DNA of 37,518 nt, taken from NCBI GenBank assembly GCA_026418655.1, contig JAOAAW010000134.1, positions 1 through 37,518 of the forward strand. Reading direction: 5' to 3'. The position numbers and the translations under genes are program-made. Position 1 is the first letter of the stretch, and the number at the start of each line of letters is the position of its first letter. Below, piece by piece: positions 8,738-16,858 of the stretch. The notes beneath the pieces are model-generated. The model was given only the letters and a program-made list of their open reading frames with translations, had not been told where the DNA came from and did no database searches. The stretch comes from a bacterium (lineage in GTDB: Bacteria > Ratteibacteria > UBA8468 > B48-G9 > DTJG01).

Positions 8738-9850
8738 ATGACAGACAGAGAAAGATTTTGTAATGTAATGGAATTCAAGCAGGTTGATAGAGTGCCGAAT
8801 TATGAATTAGGTCTCTGGGGACAAACAATAAAAAGATGGCAGGAAGAAGGGCTGCCTCAAGATTCTTTATACTTTAGCTGGTTTGAGGGAGAACCTTATT
8901 TTAATATAGACAGGCGAGCTTTTGCGCCTATAAACACTGGAATGATACCTGGTTTTGAATATAAGGTAATTGAAGAAGATGAAAGAACAATTACAGTAAG
9001 ACACGAGAATGGAATAGTGACAAAGGCATTAAAAGAAGGTACGGTCAGAGGAACGAGGATGAGTATGGACCAGTATATCTCATTTCCTGTGATTGACAGA
9101 AAAAGTTTTCAGGAAATAAAAAAAAGATATGACCCGAACTCTCCTGTACGATATCCACTGTGGTGGGATGAAATGGTAAAAATGTGGAAAACAAGAACAT
9201 ATCCACTCTGTCTTTTGACAAATGCTTCCTTTGGTCTGTATTCTCAACTTCGCAGATGGGTGGGAACCGAAAACATATCATACATGTTCTATGATGACCC
9301 TGAACTTGTTGAGGAAATGATTGATTTCAATACAAATTTCCTGCTTACTCTTGTTGAAAAAGCACTCAATCAAATAGATTTTGACTATTTCAATTTTTTT
9401 GAGGATTTTGCAGGCAAAGGTGGTCCCTTGATATCGCCTCAAATATTCGAAAAATTCTTCATGCCATATTACAAAAAAATCATTGAACGATTCAAAAAAG
9501 CAGGAATAAGATATTTCTGGCTCGATAGCGATGGAAATTGTGAGGTCTTAATACCTCAAATGATTGAATGTGGAATTACATGCTTATGGCCACTTGAGCA
9601 AGCATCTGAAATGGATCCCGTTAGACTGAGAAAAAAATTTGGAAAAAACATTTCATTTGCGGGTGGTATAGACAAAAGGGTTCTTGCAATGGGCAAAAAA
9701 GAAATTGAAAAAGAGCTTTACTCCAAAATTCCATTCATGATTGAATCCGGTGGTTATATTCCCACCATTGACCATACAATTCCACCTGATATACCACTTG
9801 AAAATTTCATCTATTACCTTGAATTAAAGATGAAGCTTCTTTGCGGATGA
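8738..9850 (+). CDS. Uroporphyrinogen decarboxylase (URO-D)-family protein, MtaA-like fold but lacking the H-x-C zinc motif
   Basis: 370 aa. Shows a family-like layout: FEDFAGKGGPLISPQIFEKFFMPYYKKIIE, LDSDGN at the position where the paralogues have H-x-C-G, and GGIDKRVL near the C-terminus. Starts 12 nt after the ARH stop, with AAGGGA upstream. Confidence 0.8.
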   Translation: MTDRERFCNVMEFKQVDRVPNYELGLWGQTIKRWQEEGLPQDSLYFSWFEGEPYFNIDRRAFAPINTGMIPGFEYKVIEEDERTITVRHENGIVTKALKEGTVRGTRMSMDQYISFPVIDRKSFQEIKKRYDPNSPVRYPLWWDEMVKMWKTRTYPLCLLTNASFGLYSQLRRWVGTENISYMFYDDPELVEEMIDFNTNFLLTLVEKALNQIDFDYFNFFEDFAGKGGPLISPQIFEKFFMPYYKKIIERFKKAGIRYFWLDSDGNCEVLIPQMIECGITCLWPLEQASEMDPVRLRKKFGKNISFAGGIDKRVLAMGKKEIEKELYSKIPFMIESGGYIPTIDHTIPPDIPLENFIYYLELKMKLLCG

Positions 9851-9853
9851 GGG

Positions 9854-10645
9854 TTACCTGTCTCTTCCACCTGACCTGCGGCCGGGTGCGTCAGATGATG
9901 GACGAGTAGTTGTAGATTCTGAACCGGAATTATCGCTTCTTCTCCAACGTGGGCCTGTGTCTGTAGAAGATGGTGGCTGAAACATTGCTGGTGGCGTTGA
10001 AAACTGACCGATTGAACCTGTATCTGGTCTCTGAAAACTGGTTCTGAAGTTCTGCATGATTGTCTGGCTTTCTGCGATCTGGGATTGGTACTCCTGATTA
10101 TCCTGAAGAACCTTCTGCAAAAGTGTTTGCCTCTGTTGATACAGTTCTCTTATCTGCTGGTCAATATCCCTTATCCTCTGGTCCTGCGCTGCCTGCCTTT
10201 CAAATGTAGCAAGCCTCATTGTATCAGAAGCCTGAAAATCTCCTGATGCTATCTTTTGTTTCAGTTGCTGATACTCAAAATTATCCGCAAGTATTTCATC
10301 AATCAATGCCTTCCTTTTTTTCTGAAGTTCATTGATCCTGTCCATTATTGCTTTGAGTTCTGGATTCTGCTGTGAGGTATCATCTTCTATTTTTCTCATT
10401 GCAGTACGAATCTCCTGCAACCTTCTTATTGATTGTTCCCTTTCTTCTCGTGAAAGATCCTGTTGTTTTACCGGTTGTGACTGTGGTGGAGTTTTTATAT
10501 TTGTTTCACCTGCAACTCCTGAAGAAAGATGGATAATTTCGAATTCTTCAAGGTTTAATTGAGATTGAAAAACATCTGATTGTTGTTGAGCTTGTACCAT
10601 AAAACCAAAGAATAATATTAACAGAACCGCGGGCATTTTTCTCAT
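9854..10645 (-). CDS. Secreted Q/E-rich coiled-coil protein with two copies of a ~39-aa module and a low-complexity S/T/G/R tail
   Basis: 263 aa. Signal peptide MRKMPAVLLILFFGFMVQA|QQQ. Modules at 10250-10366 and 10067-10183. GGGGGTAGAA lies directly upstream of the ATG. Confidence 0.8.
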   Translation of the reverse strand: MRKMPAVLLILFFGFMVQAQQQSDVFQSQLNLEEFEIIHLSSGVAGETNIKTPPQSQPVKQQDLSREEREQSIRRLQEIRTAMRKIEDDTSQQNPELKAIMDRINELQKKRKALIDEILADNFEYQQLKQKIASGDFQASDTMRLATFERQAAQDQRIRDIDQQIRELYQQRQTLLQKVLQDNQEYQSQIAESQTIMQNFRTSFQRPDTGSIGQFSTPPAMFQPPSSTDTGPRWRRSDNSGSESTTTRPSSDAPGRRSGGRDR

Positions 10646-10703
10646 TTCTACCCCCTGCCTTTTTTAACCATTAGACATTGTATTACATGAATAGGTTTAC
10701 TGC

Positions 10704-10744
10704 AAAAGAAAAAAGGGCTGAAAAGCATCGTTCAGCCCTTTTTC
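10704..10744 (-). terminator. Rho-independent-type hairpin downstream of the 10758..11120 gene
   Basis: GGGCTGAA (10715-10722) pairs with TTCAGCCC (10731-10738) across an 8-nt loop. An A-run lies on one side and a T-run on the other, so it could act in both directions. It sits 20 nt past the stop at 10758. Confidence 0.6.
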
Positions 10745-10757
10745 AATCATATCCTGA

Positions 10758-11120
10758 TTACTTCTTCGGTGCCTCTTTTGGCATTGCTTCCTTGGGCGGA
10801 GGTGGTGGCATCAATTCCTGAAGTTGTTTTTTTAATGCCTGGTATTCTTCGTTTTTCTCAAGAAGAATCTCGAGTCGCGCTTTTCGCTGTTTTTCAAGCT
10901 CCTGCATCTGTGTTGTAATCTTCTTTAACTCTTCGTCCTGAGTAGTAACCTGTCTTTCAATGGCTCTCATTTTTGCCATTATCTCGCCTGCCTGTTTTTT
11001 CTTTGCTGCAATTTCTTCCTGGCTCGGTGCTGGCTGGCCTGCCTTTTCCTGGGCGTGCAATTTTAACCCGTAACCAAACAATATGGCTGCTGCTATCATC
11101 AACGCTATCAGATATCTCAT
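10758..11120 (-). CDS. Small secreted coiled-coil protein, paralogous to 9854..10645 (one copy of the shared module, proline/lysine-rich tail)
   Basis: The ORF track starts at 11138, but those six codons spell the Shine-Dalgarno site itself (GAAAGGAGGTGAAATT ATG). The ATG at 11120 gives MRYLIALMIAAAILFGYGLKLHA|QE, 120 aa. The module lies at 10821-10937. Confidence 0.8.
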   Translation of the reverse strand: MRYLIALMIAAAILFGYGLKLHAQEKAGQPAPSQEEIAAKKKQAGEIMAKMRAIERQVTTQDEELKKITTQMQELEKQRKARLEILLEKNEEYQALKKQLQELMPPPPPKEAMPKEAPKK

Positions 11121-11169
11121 AATTTCACCTCCTTTCAAAAAACTATTATCCTTAGATTAATACCCTCTG

Positions 11170-12291
11170 TCAAGGTTTATTCTCCTTACTATTAAGTTTG
11201 TTTATCAAATATACAAAATACCTGATATTCTTCTCAACCTTTTCTCCTGATTTTGCAATTATAACTACAATATCCACTCCTTTATTTTCACAAACATCTG
11301 CAATTTCAGAAACAACGGTATCTATATTCTGTTCTGTTTCATTTTCGAAATCAAATTGAGGCGGATGAAGCGTTATCTGAAGATATGTATATGGTAATGC
11401 TGCTTTCAGGTTTTTCATGGTACCTCTAACATATCTTGTCTGCATAAAAATAATTTTTTCTCTATTTGGATATTTTGCCCAAACTTCATAAAGATGGGAT
11501 GAAGGACCACATGAATGCAAATTGCAAAAAAGATTGCCATATTTTTCAACAAGTTTCATATCAAAACCCATTGCATATTTCTCATACAACCCTGGTGAAA
11601 GCATACATGAAAAATCGCCACCAAAAGAACTTATTCCATTAAACTGTTTGATTCCATAGAAATCGTGCAAAAATTCAGTAAAGCCTGTGCTTAGCTTAAA
11701 ACAAAACTCAAGCATTGTGCTGCTTAATTCAGGGTCTGAAGCAAGGTAAATAAAAAAATCCTCTGTACCCCATAAGAAATGACCAATATCTATGAAGGAG
11801 AAAAATGTTGCAAATCTAACCCTCGTTCCATTAAATGTTCTATGCCAGACAACAAATTCTTCTGAATGAGGATATTTATTTCTTTTTGCAAGTTTCTCAT
11901 TATACTCAATCATCTTTCTTATTAATGGTTGATCCTGCCATACAGGAATTTTCAAACTTCGCACTGCCTCAGGTGAATTCGCCCATTTTAGAGGTGGCTT
12001 TGTTCTATCAAACCAGAACATACTTTCCTGTTCATCCCATCTCGGTCCATCTGCACCATAAGCCATACCACATACATATCTTGGGTCTGGCGCAAGATAA
12101 TAATATTCTGGTTTTGGGTCTGGATTGCCCAGACCTATATCTGAAAATTTTTCATAAAGTTTCTTATTTGTAGTAATTGAAATTTCAACGAGTTTATCAG
12201 GATCTGTCTCCCAGGGATTCGGACTTTTTATTCCAAATTCCCTTTCGTACCATTGTGAAGTAAAACTAACTACCGGCTTTATAGAACCCAT
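11170..12291 (-). CDS. URO-D/MtaA-like family protein (divergent) with an H-x-C-G motif
   Basis: 373 aa. GGDFSCMLSPGLYEKYAMGFDMKLVEKYGNLFCNLHSCG matches the family core pattern. AAGGA lies 9 nt upstream of the ATG. The family assignment is weaker than for the other two paralogues. Confidence 0.7.
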   Translation of the reverse strand: MGSIKPVVSFTSQWYEREFGIKSPNPWETDPDKLVEISITTNKKLYEKFSDIGLGNPDPKPEYYYLAPDPRYVCGMAYGADGPRWDEQESMFWFDRTKPPLKWANSPEAVRSLKIPVWQDQPLIRKMIEYNEKLAKRNKYPHSEEFVVWHRTFNGTRVRFATFFSFIDIGHFLWGTEDFFIYLASDPELSSTMLEFCFKLSTGFTEFLHDFYGIKQFNGISSFGGDFSCMLSPGLYEKYAMGFDMKLVEKYGNLFCNLHSCGPSSHLYEVWAKYPNREKIIFMQTRYVRGTMKNLKAALPYTYLQITLHPPQFDFENETEQNIDTVVSEIADVCENKGVDIVVIIAKSGEKVEKNIRYFVYLINKLNSKENKP

Positions 12292-12336
12292 ATTCTTATT
12301 CCTTTGTTCTATTCGGTGTCATTAGCATTTACTTAT

Positions 12337-13332
12337 TTACCAGGCATAGGCCTCTGGTGCTTCTCCACCCGGGCCAGGAAATATCTCATCAAGTTCTTTC
12401 AACATCTCGGTATCAAGATTTATATCAGTTGCGTGTATCGCATTTTCCAGCTGCTGAACTGTTCTTGGACCGATAATGGGCGCTGTAACAACAGGATTGT
12501 GCAAAAGCCATGCAAGCGCAACCACTCCAGGTTCTTCTCCAATTTTTTTGCAGAGTTTTTCAAATCTTTCAATTTGATGCTTCTTCTCTTGATAAGTTTT
12601 CAAAATTTCCTTATCTGAACGTCTGCCATCTGCTTTTTTTTCAAGTCCAGCAAGAAGTCCACCCGCAAGCGGACTGTATGGAATAAAACCCAATCCATAA
12701 TAACGACAGGCAGGTAACACTTCAAGTTCCACAGTTCTGTTTGTTAGATTGTAAATGCTCTGTTCGCTTACAAGCCCTGCAAGTCCACGTTTCCATGCTT
12801 CCTGACAGGCAGTTGCAATATCCCAGCCAGCGAAATTACTTGAACCAACATAAACAATTTTTCCTTGATTTATCAGAGAACCAAATGCCTGCCATATTTC
12901 ATCCCATGGACATTCTCTATCAATATGATGCATCTGGTATATATCTATCCAATCTGTCTGTAATCTTTTCAGACTGTTTTCACAATGTTTTTTTATTTTC
13001 ATCGCTGAGAGACATCTGCTATCCGTGTTTGGCTCTGGTCTATTTTCCTTTCGCTTCACAGGGTTATATACCTTTGTTGCAAGGACCACTGCCTGCCGTC
13101 TTCCACCACCCTGCGCAAACCATCTTCCGATTATCAGTTCAGTATCTCCTTGTTGTCCTGACCAACCATAAACATCGGCAGTATCAAAAAAATTGATACC
13201 AAGCTCTAAGGCACGGTCCATTATTTTGAAACTATCCTTTTCAGAAGTATACCAGCCAAAATTCATCGTGCCCAAACAGATATTGCTCACAATAACTCCA
13301 TGCTTTCCAAGACGTCTATACTTGATAGCCAT
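12337..13332 (-). CDS. Aldo/keto reductase (NADPH-dependent oxidoreductase)
   Basis: 331 aa. The catalytic tetrad context is present: FFDTADVYG (Asp, Tyr), LATKV (Lys), IYQMHHID (His). AAGGAGAGAT lies upstream of the ATG. Confidence 0.93.
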   Translation of the reverse strand: MAIKYRRLGKHGVIVSNICLGTMNFGWYTSEKDSFKIMDRALELGINFFDTADVYGWSGQQGDTELIIGRWFAQGGGRRQAVVLATKVYNPVKRKENRPEPNTDSRCLSAMKIKKHCENSLKRLQTDWIDIYQMHHIDRECPWDEIWQAFGSLINQGKIVYVGSSNFAGWDIATACQEAWKRGLAGLVSEQSIYNLTNRTVELEVLPACRYYGLGFIPYSPLAGGLLAGLEKKADGRRSDKEILKTYQEKKHQIERFEKLCKKIGEEPGVVALAWLLHNPVVTAPIIGPRTVQQLENAIHATDINLDTEMLKELDEIFPGPGGEAPEAYAW

Positions 13333-13384
13333 ATCTCTCCTTTTTTAAGTTTTGTTAACCTTTATTTCAGCAGTTTTTGGAAAT

Positions 13385-13414
13385 TTGTCAAATCTCGCAT
13401 GGGTGTTTTATAAT
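13385..13414 (+). promoter_or_regulatory. Candidate sigma70-like promoter for 13471..14571
   Basis: TTGTCA (13385-13390), an 18-nt spacer, then a perfect TATAAT (13409-13414), about 55 nt upstream of the ATG in the AKR/URO-D divergent spacer. Confidence 0.35.
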
Positions 13415-13470
13415 AAAAGTGTTCATGAATAAATATTATAAGACTGGATGCAGATTTCAAAAAGAGAATA

Positions 13471-14571
13471 ATGAAAAAAGTTCCTCTCTCAAAACCAGAA
13501 CCGGATATTAAAAATTTTGTTGATGTGATAACCGGGAAAAAAATTCCTGAAAGACCCCCACTTATTGAACTTTTTCTGGATTACGAAGTTGTAAGGGAAA
13601 TCTCAAAGAATGTTCTTGGCAGAGAGTGGGTTGAACCCGGAGATAGTATAGAAACGCAGAAGAAATACTTTCTTAATAGCATTGAAGTGTATTACAAAAT
13701 GGGATATGACTTTTACAGAATTACTGGCGCTATTGGGCTTGCATTCCCGGGAAAAACAAGACAGGGAACAGACACTGCGATTCTATCCAAAGGTACAAGG
13801 CATTGGGCCGAAGAAAAACAGGGGCCTATTTCAACCTGGGAAGATTTTGAATCATACCCTTGGCCTGACCCAAAAAAGTTTGACTACTGGTACTATGATT
13901 TCATTTCTAAAAATATCCCTGATGGAATGGGAATACTGGTCTGCCCATCAAGTGGCTTTCTTGAAATTCCGCTTGATACCCTCTTTGGTTACGAAAACCT
14001 CTGTTATCTGATGTATGATAAACCCGATCTTGTCTCTGCTGTTTTCAGAAAGGTTGGAGAAATTTTATATACCTATTATGAACATGTTATTGGTCTTCCA
14101 AAACTCGCGGGTTTCTTTCAGGGAGATGATATGGGTTTTAAAACAGGAACCCTTGTTCAGCCTGAATTTTTAAGAACACATGTTCTCCCATGGCATAAGA
14201 AACTTGCAGAGCTTGCCCACAAAAATAATCTGATATATCTGCTGCATGCCTGCGGAAATCTTGAACAGATTATGCCTGATATTATCAATGATGTAAAAGT
14301 TGATGGTAAACACTCCTATGAAGACGAAGGTAACCCAGTAATTGAAGCAAAGAAAAAATATGGAGATAGGATTGCTATTCTCGGAGGAATTGATGTTGAT
14401 AAACTTGCTCGATATGAAGAAAATGACTTGAGAAAACACATAAAAAATATTCTTGATGTCTGTATGCCTGGTGGAAGATACTGCCTGGGATCAGGCAACA
14501 CTGTGACAAATTATATACCGATACAGAATTACTTTGCAATGGTTGAAGAAGGCCTGAATTACTGTGGATGA
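13471..14571 (+). CDS. URO-D/MtaA-like family protein with an H-x-C-G motif
   Basis: 366 aa. FFQGDDMGFKTGTLVQPEFLRTHVLPWHKKL, LLHACGN (His 14245-14247, Cys 14251-14253), and ILGGIDVDKL ... GGRYCLGSGNTV. Confidence 0.85.
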   Translation: MKKVPLSKPEPDIKNFVDVITGKKIPERPPLIELFLDYEVVREISKNVLGREWVEPGDSIETQKKYFLNSIEVYYKMGYDFYRITGAIGLAFPGKTRQGTDTAILSKGTRHWAEEKQGPISTWEDFESYPWPDPKKFDYWYYDFISKNIPDGMGILVCPSSGFLEIPLDTLFGYENLCYLMYDKPDLVSAVFRKVGEILYTYYEHVIGLPKLAGFFQGDDMGFKTGTLVQPEFLRTHVLPWHKKLAELAHKNNLIYLLHACGNLEQIMPDIINDVKVDGKHSYEDEGNPVIEAKKKYGDRIAILGGIDVDKLARYEENDLRKHIKNILDVCMPGGRYCLGSGNTVTNYIPIQNYFAMVEEGLNYCG

Positions 14572-15437
14572 GTTCTAAGTGAAAATATTACACCCGCTAT
14601 AATCAAAAACCCACCCAGAATCGTCGCCACACTTATGGATTGTTTTAAAATTATAATCGCCAAAAATGCTGTTGTGAGAGGTGCTAAAAATTGAATAATT
14701 CCAGGGATTACTGTCTTCAATCTATTTATTGAATAAAACCAGAGAGTAAAACCAATCCCGGCAGGAACAATACCAAGATAAACACTGATCAATATATTTT
14801 TGAGATTAAGATGCAATGGTATCCTGAGCAGAAGAATTGCAATGGCAAGCATTATCGTACCGAATAAAGATGACCAGAGAGTGCTCAAAGTCGCTCCATA
14901 TTTTTCAATAATACCAGCCCTTTTCCCCCACACAGAATAAAAAGCCCAGCAAAAAGATGCACACACTGCAAGGAAGTTTCCCATCAGACTTGAATGAGAA
15001 ATTTTACCAAAATCGCCCTGTGTAAAAATTAACCAGCAACCAGTAATTCCTATAAAGAGTCCGGCAAGTTCAAAAATTCCTATCTTTTCACGCAGTAAAA
15101 AAAATCCAAGTATCCCTATAATAAATCCATTTGCATTCATCAACAAACTTGTTATTGTAGAATCTGTAAGCTGCAGGGAATAAAAAATAAACAAGTTCAT
15201 TCCAAAGATACCTGTGGCACCAAGCAATAAAAAATTGGGTATATCTTTTCTATCCAGAAAAAATTTTCCTGATACAGAAAGATGATAAAAAAACAGAAAT
15301 ACACTTGCCGAAACAAATCTAAAAAAAGCAACAAGTATTGGATGAAACCCTGATGCAACAGCAATCTGGCCAAAAACAAATACAGTTCCCCACGACATAG
15401 CAGCAAAAATTCCTGCAAGAAGGGCTTTTTTATTCAT
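14559..15437 (-). CDS. EamA/DMT-superfamily transporter (10-TM type)
   Basis: 292 aa, hydrophobic throughout with two EamA-like halves. The 3' end overlaps the convergent URO-D-like gene by 13 nt. Confidence 0.88.
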   Translation of the reverse strand: MNKKALLAGIFAAMSWGTVFVFGQIAVASGFHPILVAFFRFVSASVFLFFYHLSVSGKFFLDRKDIPNFLLLGATGIFGMNLFIFYSLQLTDSTITSLLMNANGFIIGILGFFLLREKIGIFELAGLFIGITGCWLIFTQGDFGKISHSSLMGNFLAVCASFCWAFYSVWGKRAGIIEKYGATLSTLWSSLFGTIMLAIAILLLRIPLHLNLKNILISVYLGIVPAGIGFTLWFYSINRLKTVIPGIIQFLAPLTTAFLAIIILKQSISVATILGGFLIIAGVIFSLRTHPQ

Positions 15438-15440
15438 TTG

Positions 15441-16745
15441 CTATTTCAGGATATCTTTTATTTTAAATGGCACACCCTTTTTTGCAGACATCCAGACTGC
15501 TTCTCCCATTGCTACAGCATAAGCACCTTCAATACTCCCTGCGCACAGCCCCAATTTTTTTGATTCTTCTGTTGGAGATACAAAAATATCATGTTTGATA
15601 ACATGGTCAGAACCACCGTGTCCACCAGGAACAACAGGAATATCATGAACCTGTCTTGTACCGAATAATGGAATATATGTAACTGTCTGCCTTTCTGGCT
15701 TCGGAAACGGACATCTATCAGAGGAAGTATTTATGTGCATTGTCTCGATCCTGCCACCTGTACCATTTATACCAAGAATATATCCTTCCCATGGTGTTGA
15801 TGCATTGAATGAATATGTCATACTCGCACCGCTTTTATATCTAACAACAACTGAATAGGTATCTTCAATATCTATGTCTTCATCATAGTAATTTAACTCT
15901 TTTGGATACTGAATCTTGTACGGCAGAAAAAATGTATCTTTGATTACCTTTAGACTTGCTGGTTCTGGTAATGGAATTGTTTCACCTTCCCATTTTAAGT
16001 AATATGGGCATCTTTTCTGAACTTCTTCGTTATTCAATCTTCTTTTTGATTTTTTCTGTGGATTAAAAGGACTATTCGGACCAAAATAGTTCAGGGCACC
16101 AAAAGCAAATACTGTTTCAGGGATATCATCTATGAGCCAGTTAATAAGGTCAAAATGGTGACATGACTTGTGAACACTGAGACCACCTGAAAATTTGCGG
16201 CTCCTATTCCATCTTTTGAAATAACTTGCTCCATGGAACGTATCAAGATTATAGACAAACTCAATATTTGTAATTTTTCCAAGTGCACCATCAAGAATTA
16301 ATTTTTTTATATACTTATGTGCAGGCGTGTATCTATAATTGAAAGCAACTATCACCCTGCCTTTACTTTTCTTTTCGGCATCAATGACCTGTTTTGCCTG
16401 TTTTCCAGTGATGGTCATTGGCTTTTCGACAATTACATCGAGATCATGTTTCAATCCCGCTATTGTGTATTCTGCATGCGTATAGTCAGCACCAGCAACA
16501 ATTAAAGCGTCTGGTTTTGTTTCCTTTATCATTTTTTCAAATTCCTCAGGGAGATATGCCGGAATAATGGTCTTCTGTCTCTGGTTGAAAATCTTTATTC
16601 TTTCAGTATCAATATCAAGTGCAGCCACCACTTTACCATATTGACTGAAATCACCATATTCTGTCAGTCCTGGTACACCGATAAGAGGTACAACATACTG
16701 AGCAATCGCCCTTGCACTGAATCCACAGATTGCATATCTTTTCAT
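15441..16745 (-). CDS. Gfo/Idh/MocA-family NAD-binding oxidoreductase with a C-terminal GGHGGSD motif (possibly GH109-like)
   Basis: 434 aa. Shows an N-terminal Rossmann region, then DVIVEKPM, and VPGGHGGSDHV (about 15604-15640). No signal peptide. Lies 3 nt upstream of the EamA gene. Confidence 0.88.
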   Translation of the reverse strand: MKRYAICGFSARAIAQYVVPLIGVPGLTEYGDFSQYGKVVAALDIDTERIKIFNQRQKTIIPAYLPEEFEKMIKETKPDALIVAGADYTHAEYTIAGLKHDLDVIVEKPMTITGKQAKQVIDAEKKSKGRVIVAFNYRYTPAHKYIKKLILDGALGKITNIEFVYNLDTFHGASYFKRWNRSRKFSGGLSVHKSCHHFDLINWLIDDIPETVFAFGALNYFGPNSPFNPQKKSKRRLNNEEVQKRCPYYLKWEGETIPLPEPASLKVIKDTFFLPYKIQYPKELNYYDEDIDIEDTYSVVVRYKSGASMTYSFNASTPWEGYILGINGTGGRIETMHINTSSDRCPFPKPERQTVTYIPLFGTRQVHDIPVVPGGHGGSDHVIKHDIFVSPTEESKKLGLCAGSIEGAYAVAMGEAVWMSAKKGVPFKIKDILK

Positions 16746-16768
16746 TTTTCACCTCTATTTTTGATTTA

Positions 16769-16796
16769 TTGTGAAATTTTTAAAATCTTGTATAGT
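16769..16796 (+). promoter_or_regulatory. Candidate promoter for 16859..19591
   Basis: TTGTGA (16769-16774), a 16-nt spacer, then TATAGT (16791-16796). There is no clear Shine-Dalgarno site before the ATG at 16859, so this is tentative. Confidence 0.2.
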
Positions 16797-16858
16797 TTAT
16801 TTTTTTTTCCTTTGATGTCAATTAAGAAAACAAAAGTACTTATGCTATCATAAATTTT

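Noticed and set aside
9858-9866. CTGTCTCTT, identical to the first 9 nt of the Nextera mosaic end, at the convergent junction of two genes.
   Set aside because: Only 9 nt match and the sequence then diverges (CCACCTG against ATACACATCT). It lies inside the coding 3' end of the 9854..10645 gene, so it is a chance match and not an internal adapter or chimera.
9854-10010. A locally GC-rich stretch in an otherwise AT-rich contig that might suggest foreign DNA.
   Set aside because: It encodes the S/T/G/R/P-rich low-complexity tail of the secreted coiled-coil protein. The composition shift follows from amino-acid bias and is in frame with the rest of the gene.
11121-11138. N-terminal extensions given by the ORF track: MKGGEI here, MNVMVVYLWRKP at 26750-26785, MYLGGS at 35696-35713, and 29 residues at 22684-22770.
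   Set aside because: Each extension contains the Shine-Dalgarno sequence of a downstream in-frame start that yields a sensible N-terminus (a signal peptide or a conserved family start). The shorter models are preferred.
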